Shown here: positions 1 through 9,327 of the stretch, piece by piece
How positions within the stretch are numbered: the first letter of the stretch is position 1
Layout: every line of letters starts with the position of its first letter
NCBI GenBank assembly: GCA_021736385.1
Contig: JAIPFY010000003.1
Coordinates: 9,828 to 73,827, forward strand
Reading direction: 5' to 3'
Length of the DNA: 64,000 bases
DNA from: Spirochaetia bacterium
GTDB taxonomy: Bacteria; Spirochaetota; Spirochaetia; CAKZLE01
The notes under the pieces: generated by a model
Seen by the model: the letters and a program-made list of their open reading frames with translations, nothing else
What the model was told of the DNA's origin: nothing
Databases searched by the model: none
Program-made: the position numbers and the translations under genes

Positions 1-373
1 ATCATGCGGCGGCTCGAGTGCGGGAATCTCACAGGTGCCCGTATGGAGGTCTCCAGATCCGTAAGCATACAGAGTCACCACTCGATCTCCGACCATTTCC
101 ACCCCTGTCTCACCTGCGACAGACAGTGTGAGACCCAGTGTCTGCATACCCTCATAGATGAGACGAGCGTTCCCATCGCAAGGACCCTGCTGCTGCTCTA
201 CCAGAGGGACCCTCATGAACTGAAAGCTGCACAGACCCAAGAGGAGCCTGCAGGTCAACCCTGAGGTAAGCAGACCCATCGGCTCGATCCCCGCAGAGGA
301 GCATCCTGAATCCATGCGTGATACCGGAGCGATGTGCTGGGTTTCGAGACTCGAACTCGTGGTACGATGTGCC
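1..373 (-). CDS. possible 5' part of a hypothetical protein running off the window edge
   Basis: One minus-strand frame is open from about 444 to position 1 (...MRVPLVEQQQGPCDGNARLIYEGMQTLGLTLSVAGETGVEMVGDRVVTLYAYGSGDLHTG...) with G-starting codon bias. No family recognised and start uncertain. Confidence 0.3.
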
Positions 374-672
374 ATCGATGAGATGTACCTGATCAATCGC
401 GAAGCCTCGAACGGGAAAAGACTCCATAACCGGCTATGGAACGGTCAGGGAGAGATCCGACTTACAGGAACGAGCGGCATTCCGAGGTCCTCGTCGATCA
501 TCTCACGATGAAGAACACCGGCTGCGAGTACGGCATCTATGATTCGTGAGTCAGCAGGGACTCACTCCCCTGCTGCTGCAGGGCCCGGGCATATCACAGG
601 AAATAGACCGTTCAGCGGCAGCCCCCTCTATGTGAGAAGGGCTGGCTGATCTGTCGCAGCCCCCATCATCCT

Positions 673-1350
673 CTAATATGAGGCATCAGAGACAAGACCT
701 TTCATGATCGAGACTCCCGATGATGCACCGATCCTGCTTGCACCTGCTTCGATGACACGATGTGCATCTTCATAACTTCTCACTCCCCCAGAGGCTTTCA
801 CTCCCATCTGGGGACCGACGGTCTTTCGCATCAGTTTTATATCATCTACGGTCGCACCCCCTGTGGAGAATCCTGTAGAGGTCTTCACGAAGTCAGCCCC
901 GCAGCTCTTGGCTGTCTCGCAGGCTATGACTTTCTCTTCGTCAGTGAGCAGGCAGGTCTCAAGAATGACCTTGAGGACGACCCCTGCTCCGCAGGCTTCC
1001 CGTACCAGCCGGATGTCGCGTTCGAAACTGACGAGCTCCCGGTCCTTGAGCATCCCCACATTGATGACCATATCGATCTCCTGCGCCCCGTCTGCAACGG
1101 CCTCTTTCGCTTCGAAGGCCTTGCTCTCACTCTTCATCGCACCAAGTGGGAAGCCTACGACCGTACAGACTTTGACCGGAGAACCGGCAAGCAGCCCGGC
1201 GCAGTAGGAGGTCCAGCTGGAATTGACACATACCGAGGCGAACTCATAGGTCTTTGCCTCTTCACAGACCGCTGTGATCTCTGCCGCTGCAGCCTGTGCC
1301 TTGAGCAGGGTATGGTCGATATATCTATTCATATCAGTGATGGTGTTCAT
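673..1350 (-). CDS. deoC: deoxyribose-phosphate aldolase
   Basis: 225 aa; [42 protein letters not shown] and RIGASSG motifs. Confidence 0.97.
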   Translation of the reverse strand: MNTITDMNRYIDHTLLKAQAAAAEITAVCEEAKTYEFASVCVNSSWTSYCAGLLAGSPVKVCTVVGFPLGAMKSESKAFEAKEAVADGAQEIDMVINVGMLKDRELVSFERDIRLVREACGAGVVLKVILETCLLTDEEKVIACETAKSCGADFVKTSTGFSTGGATVDDIKLMRKTVGPQMGVKASGGVRSYEDAHRVIEAGASRIGASSGVSIMKGLVSDASY

Positions 1351-1588
1351 ACTCTCGTTCTCCTTACATGTGTGATCGTATCATATGCTCATGATACCCC
1401 TGGGGCGCATGAGAAATCAAGCCATTGCGGCAGCTTCCCTTCACGATCGATCCGCGCTCATCGATCCCCCATGCTCTATGATCAGTACCTGCTCTCACGG
1501 TATCAGCGGGCTCTTGATACCATTGTCCAAAAAGGTGTCACCGTTAAACCTTGACCTTGGAAGCAAGACGATATACAGTCAGCGTATT

Positions 1589-2503
1589 ATGATCATCGAA
1601 AAAATCAACAGCGTACTATATTGGGCTATCATCGGGATTCTACTGCTGAACATCATGCAGAGAAAACATCATCCTCATGTCGAGAAGAAACGGACAGCCA
1701 CGGTGATGCTGGCGGTCCTTGTACTGATCCTGAACATGTTCGCGGCACTGATCCTGCAGTTCGAGCTGCCCCAGTGGACCCTCATCCCGGCCCTGCTCGT
1801 ACCGATCACCGTAGGGTATCTGATGCGCAGCAAACTGCTGGTATTCACCTTGAACTGCACCGAATGCGATGAACGGCTATCCATGAACAATGTCCTCTAT
1901 CATGATGACAATCTGTGTGATGCCTGCCGGATGGAACTGCATCCGGAGCTGTTCGAGACGCCTCTGGCAGACGAAGAGGTCCTCCCTGAGATCCCTGCAC
2001 CCGCCGATGCACGATCGGTGGAGGAGATAGACTGGGATCTGTGGGAACCGACCGAGACCGCGGTCATCTGCTATATCTTCCACGAAGGGAAGGTGCTGCT
2101 GATCAACAAGAAGACAGGACTCGGGAACGGCATGGTCAATGCACCCGGTGGCCGTATCGAGGAGCTTGAGACGGCAAGAGAGGCTGCGATCAGGGAGACT
2201 ATCGAAGAGACGGGGATCACCCCCCTGAACCTGAGAGAGGTGGGGATCCTCGATTTCCAGTTCATCGACGGCTATGCTCTCAAAGGATATGTCTTCTTTG
2301 CAGACGACTATACCGGTGAGCTGACCGAGACCGATGAAGCCGATCCATTCTGGGTCGATGAGACAGCCATCCCCTACGAGCAGATGTGGGAAGACGATCA
2401 ACTCTGGCTGCCCAAAGCCATAGCAGGCTCATATGTCATCGGAAGGTTCATCTTCGACGACAGGACCATGCTCAGCAGCAGTGTCACAGAATCCCGATCC
2501 TAG
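1589..2503 (+). CDS. membrane-anchored NUDIX hydrolase (MutT/MTH1-like) with N-terminal TM helices and CxxC...CxxC Zn finger
   Basis: Nudix box GGRIEELETAREAAIRETIEETGI; MTH1-like C-terminus (PYEQMWEDDQLWLP); three hydrophobic segments, then CTEC...CDAC. Start moved to ATG 1589, downstream of TTGACC-17-TACAGT. Confidence 0.85.
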   Translation: MIIEKINSVLYWAIIGILLLNIMQRKHHPHVEKKRTATVMLAVLVLILNMFAALILQFELPQWTLIPALLVPITVGYLMRSKLLVFTLNCTECDERLSMNNVLYHDDNLCDACRMELHPELFETPLADEEVLPEIPAPADARSVEEIDWDLWEPTETAVICYIFHEGKVLLINKKTGLGNGMVNAPGGRIEELETAREAAIRETIEETGITPLNLREVGILDFQFIDGYALKGYVFFADDYTGELTETDEADPFWVDETAIPYEQMWEDDQLWLPKAIAGSYVIGRFIFDDRTMLSSSVTESRS

Positions 2504-2515
2504 GAGCACCAACTC

Positions 2516-3409
2516 ATGCTGTATTGTGTTCATTGCGGTGTCAGCCTGGCAGAGGATATTACCATATGTCCTCTCTGCGGGAATACTGCGACTGAACAGG
2601 GATCGGAGAGACCGGCCGCTCTGGCCTCTTCAGCTCTATTCGACGAGGAACCTGCAGGGATCCCGACCGATCTGCGTTACCACAGAGTCTTCCTCGGCTG
2701 GGGACTTTCGCTGCTGCTTCTGGCAGCGGGGATCATCAGCTACGGTATCGATCTCTCCAGAGACCAGCAGATCACCTGGTCATACTATGTCATGATCTCC
2801 CTTGTGACCGTGTGGACGATCACGGTACTCCCACTGTTCCACCGCAGGAGGTCCACCACCCACCTGCTGGCTTTCACCGCAGCGATCCTCGGACTGTTCC
2901 TGATCTTCATCGATGCACGTACAGGCGATCTGTTCTGGAGCCTGTTCCCCTGTTCACTCCTGATCGCACTTGCCCTCTCTCTGCTTATCCTCCATGACCG
3001 CAGAGACAGACCCCTCCGGGTCACGCTGCTGCTGCTCTACGGTGCGTTCATCCTGCTGCAGTCCATCACCGCATGGCTTACCGACGGCAACTGGTTCTAT
3101 TCGCTGGGTCTGCCGATAACATCTACGGTCTGGCTGCTGATCAGCGCCTTCATCTTCGTTGTGAAAACCAGGTCTGCTTCACAGCAGCCCCCCCCCGGAA
3201 GATATCTCTACACCCTCCTGATCTGCCTGAGCATCTGTATCACGGCAGTGGTGACCGAGCTCTGCATAGCACGGCACCTCATGCAGGAGCTGCGCCTGAG
3301 CTGGTCTGTCTATGTCATGATCGGGACTTCACCGCTCGCAGCGGTGGCCCTGGCTGCTCACCTCATCAGACCGGTACAGCATTTCATACAGAAGAAGTTT
3401 CGCATATGA
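2516..3409 (+). CDS. Zn-ribbon + multi-pass membrane protein (DUF6320-like)
   Basis: N-terminal CVHCG...CPLCG followed by about 7-8 hydrophobic helices; stop overlaps next start (ATGA). Confidence 0.75.
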   Translation: MLYCVHCGVSLAEDITICPLCGNTATEQGSERPAALASSALFDEEPAGIPTDLRYHRVFLGWGLSLLLLAAGIISYGIDLSRDQQITWSYYVMISLVTVWTITVLPLFHRRRSTTHLLAFTAAILGLFLIFIDARTGDLFWSLFPCSLLIALALSLLILHDRRDRPLRVTLLLLYGAFILLQSITAWLTDGNWFYSLGLPITSTVWLLISAFIFVVKTRSASQQPPPGRYLYTLLICLSICITAVVTELCIARHLMQELRLSWSVYVMIGTSPLAAVALAAHLIRPVQHFIQKKFRI

Positions 3410-4740
3410 CCAGACAGAAGAAGAGCTATTGGACCAAACTTGACAATGCAGCCCTCATATTCCCCGTCACGATCAATGCATGGGGATCGAGTTTCTTCAG
3501 GATCTCAGCCATGCTCGATGACCCTGTAGACCATATTCAGCTCCAGCAGGCTCTCGATCGCTGTATCAGCCGCTTCCCCTACTTTCATGTGAAACTCAGA
3601 CAGGGGGCGTTCTGGATGTTCCTGGAAGACTCCGACCGCAGACCCCTTGTCGATCAGGACCGGTACTACCCATGTCTTACCATCAAGACTCCCAAGCAGA
3701 GAGAGCTTCTGTTCAGGGTCCTCTATCTGGAAAACAGGGTCTCTCTGGAGATGTCCCATGTCCTGACAGACGGGTTCGGGGCTGTGGTGTTCCTGAAGAA
3801 CATCCTTGCCGAGTACCTGCGACTTCAAGGAGTGTCCATAGAGCCGGACTCGGAGTTCGATCTGTTCGATCTTGATCAGATGCCTGAAGAAGAGGAGACC
3901 GTCGATGCGTTCCACCGGTTCTATGATCATCGTGCACCGAAGGATAAGACACTTCCGATAGCATACCAGATGCGTATCAGGAACTCACCTCCCGGTGTGG
4001 ATCATATCATAACGGGGATCGTGCCGACTGCTGCGATCCTCGAGAAGACCCGGAAACACCAGGTCTCCATCACCGAGTATCTGGTATCGATCATTCTCTA
4101 TGCGCTGCAGTCCATTCAGCAGGAAGACCCGAAAGAGAACTCACCGAGACCTCTCCGCCTGAACGTACCGGCGAACCTGAGAAAGTTCTACGGTATCAGG
4201 ACCATGAAGAACTTCTCCCTGTACACGACTCCTGAGATCGATCCGAAACTCGGGGAGTTCACCTTCGAGGAGGTCCTTGAGCAGGTCCATCACTATATGA
4301 GAAAACATAACACGGAGAAGTACATCAAACAGCAGATCACCAGGAATGTCGGGGGAGAGACCAATCCATTCATCCGTGTGATCCCGTTCCCGATCAAACA
4401 GGCGTTCCTTCGCAGCATGCACGCGAAATATGGGGAGAAGCAGCAGAGTATCTGTCTTTCGAACCTCGGCAGGATCGCCCTGCCGCAGAGCATGCTCACG
4501 CATGTCACACGGTTCGACTTCATCCCTGCAGGTTCGATGCTGACCAAGACCATGCTCGCAGTCACCGGGTTCAACGATTCGCTCTATCTCTCGTTCGGCA
4601 GAGTCGCAGAGGAGCCTCTGCTCGAGAGGCGGTTCTTTGCGTTCCTTCAGCAGCAGGGCATCCCCTGTGTGCTGGAAAGCAATAACACCCCCACGTCTTC
4701 TTCACGTCCGGGATTCCTCAAAAGGCGGGGTACTTCATGA
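3406..4740 (+). CDS. CoA-dependent acyltransferase, alcohol acetyltransferase/condensation-domain-like
   Basis: Starts MTRQKKSYWTKLDNAALIFP; catalytic HxxxDG motif (SHVLTDGFG); VPANLRKFY and CLSNLGRI motifs typical of the family. Confidence 0.8.
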   Translation: MTRQKKSYWTKLDNAALIFPVTINAWGSSFFRISAMLDDPVDHIQLQQALDRCISRFPYFHVKLRQGAFWMFLEDSDRRPLVDQDRYYPCLTIKTPKQRELLFRVLYLENRVSLEMSHVLTDGFGAVVFLKNILAEYLRLQGVSIEPDSEFDLFDLDQMPEEEETVDAFHRFYDHRAPKDKTLPIAYQMRIRNSPPGVDHIITGIVPTAAILEKTRKHQVSITEYLVSIILYALQSIQQEDPKENSPRPLRLNVPANLRKFYGIRTMKNFSLYTTPEIDPKLGEFTFEEVLEQVHHYMRKHNTEKYIKQQITRNVGGETNPFIRVIPFPIKQAFLRSMHAKYGEKQQSICLSNLGRIALPQSMLTHVTRFDFIPAGSMLTKTMLAVTGFNDSLYLSFGRVAEEPLLERRFFAFLQQQGIPCVLESNNTPTSSSRPGFLKRRGTS

Positions 4741-5234
4741 AACAGTGCAGACGATGTAACGCGATCATCGCAGATGGCGAGCCGTGCTGCCCGCTGTGCG
4801 GCCCCGAGGCTCCTCTGGTGGAGCTCCCCGGCAGCTGCCCCCGCTCCCCCTACCCCGCACATCCGAAGATCATACGGCTGAAAGTCCGCAGCATCATCGC
4901 CTTCGATATGGATGTGTTCTTCTTTCTCTCATCGGTGCTGTTCCTGTTCTCGTGTCTGCTCATCCTGATCGACTCCCTCGAGAGTCCCGCCATCACCTGG
5001 AGCAGATACCCCATAGCCTCACTGCTTCTCCTCTGGGCCGTGCTGGTACTGCCCTATGCCTTCATGCGCTACACCGGCTACACCTATGTCCTGATCTCTG
5101 CGATAAGCCTCTCCCTGTTCCTGTTCTTCATCGATCTGCAGAGCGGTACTCTGAGCTGGTCAGTGATCCCTACGGTCGTACTGACGGTCCCTGCAGCAGT
5201 GAACTGGCTCTATTATTATCGAAAACGTCCCTGA
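4737..5234 (+). CDS. Zn-ribbon + membrane protein (short DUF6320-like paralogue)
   Basis: CRRCNA...CCPLCG and 4 hydrophobic helices; ITWSRYPIASL parallels ITWSYYVMISL in 2516..3409; ATGA overlap with upstream gene. Confidence 0.7.
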   Translation: MKQCRRCNAIIADGEPCCPLCGPEAPLVELPGSCPRSPYPAHPKIIRLKVRSIIAFDMDVFFFLSSVLFLFSCLLILIDSLESPAITWSRYPIASLLLLWAVLVLPYAFMRYTGYTYVLISAISLSLFLFFIDLQSGTLSWSVIPTVVLTVPAAVNWLYYYRKRP

Positions 5235-5241
5235 TCCCTTA

Positions 5242-5270
5242 TTGACAAACATCCTCATCATTACTATAGT
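5242..5270 (+). promoter_or_regulatory. sigma70-type promoter of the tRNA/SRP cluster
   Basis: TTGACA (5242-5247), 17 bp spacer, TATAGT (5265-5270), 13 bp before the first tRNA. Confidence 0.85.
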
Positions 5271-5283
5271 TAAAAACCGATTT

Positions 5284-5368
5284 GGAGAGGTGTCCGAGTG
5301 GTCGAAGGAGGCGGTCTTGAAAACCGTTGAATCGCAAGATTCCGGGGGTTCGAATCCCCCCTTCTCCG
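5284..5368 (+). tRNA. tRNA-Ser(TGA)
   Basis: GGAGAGG acceptor strand, anticodon loop CTTGAAA, long variable arm, GGTTCGAATCC T-arm, G discriminator; no encoded CCA. Confidence 0.95.
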
Positions 5369-5405
5369 TTTCTTTTTTTGATAGGTCTTTATATGTTAAT
5401 CCTTT

Positions 5406-5492
<87 letters not shown>

Positions 5493-5506
5493 TTTTTATT
5501 TTTCTT

Positions 5507-5580
5507 GTATCCATAGCTCAGATGGATAGAGCATTAGATTGCGGATCTAAAGGTCGGAGGTTCGAGTCCTCTTGGGTACA
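5507..5580 (+). tRNA. tRNA-Arg(GCG)
   Basis: GTATCCA/TGGGTAC acceptor stem, D-arm TAGCTCAGATGGATAGAGC, anticodon stem TTAGA/TCTAA with loop TTGCGGA, T-arm GGTTCGAGTCC. Confidence 0.93.
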
Positions 5581-5610
5581 CAAGACTATGTATCGTTCAT
5601 GTTCTTTGTT

Positions 5611-5698
5611 GGAGAGATGCGAGAGTGGCCGAATCGGGCGGATTCGAAATCCGCTGTGCCGTTCTGCGGCACCGAGGGTTCGAATCCCTCTCTCTCCG
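5611..5698 (+). tRNA. tRNA-Ser(CGA)
   Basis: Anticodon stem GCGGA/TCCGC, loop TTCGAAA, long variable arm. Confidence 0.95.
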
Positions 5699-5716
5699 TA
5701 TATATATGTGTTGCTT

Positions 5717-5804
5717 GGAGAGATGACCGAGAGGCCGAAGGTGTGCGCTTGGAAAGCGTATGTACCCCAACAGGGTACCGGGGGTTCGAATCCCCCTCTC
5801 TCCG
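5717..5804 (+). tRNA. tRNA-Ser(GGA)
   Basis: Anticodon stem TGCGC/GCGTA, loop TTGGAAA, long variable arm. Confidence 0.95.
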
Positions 5805-5827
5805 TTCCCCTTCAGTGTTGATAGTCA

Positions 5828-5911
5828 GGGACTGTGCTATTGATCTTCACCCAACTCCGTCAGGACCGGAAGGTAGCAGCGGTTAGTGAACGACCAATGA
5901 GACATGGCTTT
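5828..5911 (+). ncRNA. ffs: small bacterial SRP RNA (4.5S)
   Basis: Domain IV signature TCAGGACCGGAAGGTAGCAGC in a long hairpin (TTCAC/GTGAA, ATTG/CAAT); the position just upstream of dnaX is the conserved one. Ends approximate. Confidence 0.9.
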
Positions 5912-5981
5912 CTTGACTTGAGCTGGAGGGGTTTTTTTTCTTTATGTGTATCGTGTATAATTCCCCTTAAGGAGATATACC

Positions 5982-7595
5982 ATGGCTTTCGAAATAACCG
6001 CTTCCCGTCGACGCCCGCAACGATTCTCTGAGCTTTCCGGTCAGAATTTCGTAGTATCCACCCTTATGAGTTCCATACGACAAGAACGGATCGCCCATGC
6101 ATATCTCTTCTCAGGACCACGGGGAGTGGGAAAGACCTCCGCAGCCCGTATCCTGGCTAAATCATTGAACTGTGAGAAAGGCATCACCACCGAACCCTGC
6201 GGCAGCTGTCCGAGCTGTCATGAGATCACAGCAGGGAGTGCTCTGGATGTCATAGAGATCGATGGAGCGAGTAATACCTCTGTCAATGATATCAGGACGA
6301 TCAAGGACGAGGTGCTCTTCGCACCCAACAGCAGCCGTTACAAGATCTACATCATCGATGAGGTACACATGCTTTCGAACAGTGCCTTCAATGCACTGCT
6401 CAAGACCATCGAAGAGCCGCCTCCCTATGTGATCTTCATCTTCGCCACCACGGAGGTACACAAGGTACCGGCCACCATCCGTTCACGCTGTCAGCAGTTC
6501 CATTTCCAGCTGATCTCACTGGAGGTCATCAAACAGAAGCTTCAGGATGCCTGTGACGAGTCAGCAGTGATATATGAGGAGGAAGCCCTCTTCTGGATCG
6601 CCAAAGAGGCTACCGGCTCTCTTCGCGATGCCTACACCCTGTTTGACCAGATCGTGTCGATCTCTGACGGGAACATCCGTATGAGCATGATCCGGGACAA
6701 GATGGGACTGATCGGTGTCGATGTCATCAACACCCTTGCAGAGCATATGGTAGACGGAGATCGTCAGAAGGCCGTAGAACTGCTGCACTCGATCATCGCA
6801 CAAGGTGTCTCCATAGAGAAATGCATCATAGATCTGACCGAGTACTTCAGGACAGCACTGCTGATCAAAGAGCATATCACCAAAGAGTCCATTCTTGGAG
6901 CCAAGGCAGAACATTTTTCGGCAAAGGTCATCGATGCTCTGGCAGCAGAGCAGATCGAAGGGATCCTTGATCTGCTGCTGAATCTCTACAGGAATATCAG
7001 GTTCTCTCTGAACCAGAGGTTCGAACTTGAACTTGCCATCAGCAGACTCTGTTCGATCCAGTATGCTGTGGTACCCTCAGTCCTGGTACGACAGATCAAG
7101 GAACTCAAAGAAGAACTGCTGAACGCACCCCCCCCATCGAGAGCCGCCCAGCGGCCGAAACCTCCCGCACAGCCTGCTGCTCCCAAGAGTGCGCCTTCTG
7201 TCGTCCCTGATCGGACAAAGAGACCTGCAGCCGCGCCTGAGAAGAGTGTGGTCATCAGTGCAAAGCATATCGAGATGCTCCAGGCACAACTGAAGCAGAA
7301 ATCACCGGCGCTGGCCTCGACACTGCAGCAGATCACCTCCTGGGAGGTCGAAGACCGGACTATCAGGTTCATCTTCGGCTCGAACTTCACTGCAGAACGT
7401 GCCAGAGAACATGTAGTGGTGCTGAGGAACGAACTTCGTACGATTCTCGGGACTGACATCACTCTGGATATATCGACCGGGAAGGATTCCAAACAGCCGA
7501 CACGTGAAGCGGTCACTGAAGATGACGATGCCATAGAGAAGGTGAAGAGTATCTTTCGCGGAGAGCTATATACCAATCCGAACACAGGAGAATAA
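5982..7595 (+). CDS. dnaX: DNA polymerase III subunit gamma/tau
   Basis: AHAYLFSGPRGVGKTS, Zn module CGSCPSC, IIDEVHML, SRCQ motifs. Confidence 0.97.
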   Translation: MAFEITASRRRPQRFSELSGQNFVVSTLMSSIRQERIAHAYLFSGPRGVGKTSAARILAKSLNCEKGITTEPCGSCPSCHEITAGSALDVIEIDGASNTSVNDIRTIKDEVLFAPNSSRYKIYIIDEVHMLSNSAFNALLKTIEEPPPYVIFIFATTEVHKVPATIRSRCQQFHFQLISLEVIKQKLQDACDESAVIYEEEALFWIAKEATGSLRDAYTLFDQIVSISDGNIRMSMIRDKMGLIGVDVINTLAEHMVDGDRQKAVELLHSIIAQGVSIEKCIIDLTEYFRTALLIKEHITKESILGAKAEHFSAKVIDALAAEQIEGILDLLLNLYRNIRFSLNQRFELELAISRLCSIQYAVVPSVLVRQIKELKEELLNAPPPSRAAQRPKPPAQPAAPKSAPSVVPDRTKRPAAAPEKSVVISAKHIEMLQAQLKQKSPALASTLQQITSWEVEDRTIRFIFGSNFTAERAREHVVVLRNELRTILGTDITLDISTGKDSKQPTREAVTEDDDAIEKVKSIFRGELYTNPNTGE

Positions 7596-7598
7596 GTT

Positions 7599-7904
7599 AT
7601 GGACCCAATGGATCTGTTAAAGAACCTGAAAGATCTTCAGTCACAGATGTCTGGAGTACAGGAGAGACTGAAGGATATCATCGTACAGGGTTCTGCCGGC
7701 GGTGGCATGGTAGTCATAGACATGAACGGCAGTATGGAAGTCCTCTCGGTGAAGATCGCCCCGGAGGTCGTGGATCCTGAGGATATCACGATGCTGGAAG
7801 ATCTTGTGCTCGCTGCATGCAACTCAGCAGCGGCAGCATTGAGAGAGAAGATGAGTCAACAGGCTGCTTCACTGGCAGGCGGTGCCGGATTCCCGGGACT
7901 GTAG
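7599..7904 (+). CDS. ybaB: YbaB/EbfC nucleoid-associated protein
   Basis: GSAGGGMV...EDLVLAACN; lies between dnaX and recR. Confidence 0.93.
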   Translation: MDPMDLLKNLKDLQSQMSGVQERLKDIIVQGSAGGGMVVIDMNGSMEVLSVKIAPEVVDPEDITMLEDLVLAACNSAAAALREKMSQQAASLAGGAGFPGL

Positions 7905-7919
7905 CAGATAGAGGTACCT

Positions 7920-8516
7920 ATGCGATCGATAGATGAACTGATCCGGGGGCTTTCACGCCTGCCCGGGGTCGGAAACAAGAGTGCTTCCAGAATCGCCTAT
8001 CATCTTATCCAGCGGGATGTTCGAGACAATCACCTGCTGGGGGAACTCATCTCCACGATCCAGGATAAGATCCGCCTCTGCGATGTATGCGGAAGCTTCA
8101 CCGAGGGACAGATCTGTGATGTATGTCAGGATCCTCATCGAGACCATACACTCATCTGTGTGGTAGAACAGCCGCAGGATGTCTTCACCATCGAGGCATC
8201 AGGGGTCTACAACGGATACTACCATGTACTCCATGGCGCGATCTCTCCCCTCGACGGGATAGGTCCTGATCAGCTGACGATCGGTCAGCTGATCGAACGC
8301 ATCACTACCGGAGATTTTTCCGAGGTGATCCTTGCGATGAACCCGACAGAGGAAGGCGATACCACGGCAATGTATATCACACATCTGCTGCGATCCTCCC
8401 GGGTGACGACTTCACGGCTCGCCTCGGGCCTGCCGGTCGGAGGAGACCTTGAATATACCGACAAGGTCACCCTCGCCCGTTCGCTGCGCGGACGTATCCG
8501 CATGTCGGATCAGTAG
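7920..8516 (+). CDS. recR: recombination mediator RecR
   Basis: LPGVGNKSA HhH, C4 zinc finger, ICVVEQPQD, YHVLHGAISPLDG Toprim. Confidence 0.97.
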   Translation: MRSIDELIRGLSRLPGVGNKSASRIAYHLIQRDVRDNHLLGELISTIQDKIRLCDVCGSFTEGQICDVCQDPHRDHTLICVVEQPQDVFTIEASGVYNGYYHVLHGAISPLDGIGPDQLTIGQLIERITTGDFSEVILAMNPTEEGDTTAMYITHLLRSSRVTTSRLASGLPVGGDLEYTDKVTLARSLRGRIRMSDQ

Positions 8517-8520
8517 CGGA

Positions 8521-9309
8521 TCAGATCCCCCGCGAGCTCCTGATCTCTTCATAGGCTGACTGTATCTCACGGAACTTCTCATTGGCGAATTTGATGAACT
8601 CATCAGGAAGTCCCTTCGATGCGATCTTATCAGGATGATACTCACTCACCAGTTTCCTGTAGGCGCTCTTGACTTCTTCGTTCGAAGAGCCTGAGGATAC
8701 CCCGAGCACGTGATAGGCATGAGAAGAACTCTCGTGAGCCCCATATCGTTTCCGAATCGCTTCCATCTGCTCGTCTGAGAAATGGAAGAGATTGCCGGCT
8801 TTCCTGATCAGCTGCTCTTCAGCAGATGAGAGGTTCCCATCAGCATACGATACCCGATAGAAGATATCGATCATGACATCGAGCATCTGTCGATTCTGTT
8901 TGAACACGTCATAGAACTGGACTGCGAACTGTTCGAAGGACTCGGGTGATCTCTGAGCAGTCTCGAAGATCCTCATCGCAGCCTGCTGTGCCTGTCCCTG
9001 CAGACGAAGGTCCCGATTGATGAACTCAACGACTTTCCTTCGTTCAGCCTCAGTGACCGTCCCATCAGCTGTAGTGATCTTTGCCAGCATGGAGAACGCC
9101 GCCACGAAGAAGACCATCTGGGTCTGTTCCTGGGTCTCGACCCGTCCCTGCTGCCTGTTCCCCTGATACCAGAAAGCCTTCTGATCCTGGGAGACTCCCT
9201 GCCCGGAAGCATCGAACAGATGACCGAAAGAGGCTCCCGCTATCATACCTAACGGTCCTCCGAGCATGAACCCGAACGTACCGCCAACAACTTTTCCTAA
9301 CCAACCCAT
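8521..9309 (-). CDS. djlA: co-chaperone DjlA (TerB-like + DnaJ domain)
   Basis: N-terminal [17 protein letters not shown] anchor, TerB-like middle region, J-domain with HPD (YHPDK). Confidence 0.9.
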   Translation of the reverse strand: MGWLGKVVGGTFGFMLGGPLGMIAGASFGHLFDASGQGVSQDQKAFWYQGNRQQGRVETQEQTQMVFFVAAFSMLAKITTADGTVTEAERRKVVEFINRDLRLQGQAQQAAMRIFETAQRSPESFEQFAVQFYDVFKQNRQMLDVMIDIFYRVSYADGNLSSAEEQLIRKAGNLFHFSDEQMEAIRKRYGAHESSSHAYHVLGVSSGSSNEEVKSAYRKLVSEYHPDKIASKGLPDEFIKFANEKFREIQSAYEEIRSSRGI

Positions 9310-9327
9310 CGTAGATTCTCCATTCTC

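Noticed and set aside
642-665. GGCTGATCT...CAGCCCC hairpin resembling the gyrA terminator (39603-39627); possible REP-like repeat
   Set aside because: Only two loosely similar copies, both at gene ends; adequately explained as independent GC-rich terminators.
760-1554. 264-aa + strand ORF, and similar long ORFs at 9733-10617, 18719-19630, 27917-28729, 40321-41181 and 41248-42264
   Set aside because: They are antisense shadows of well-supported genes (deoC, GH63-like, DUF1446, fprA, gyrA). They arise from the codon bias of the real gene and show no motifs.
5982-7595. Programmed frameshift producing a gamma subunit from dnaX
   Set aside because: No A-AAA-AAG slippery site or long A-run with a downstream hairpin was noticed.
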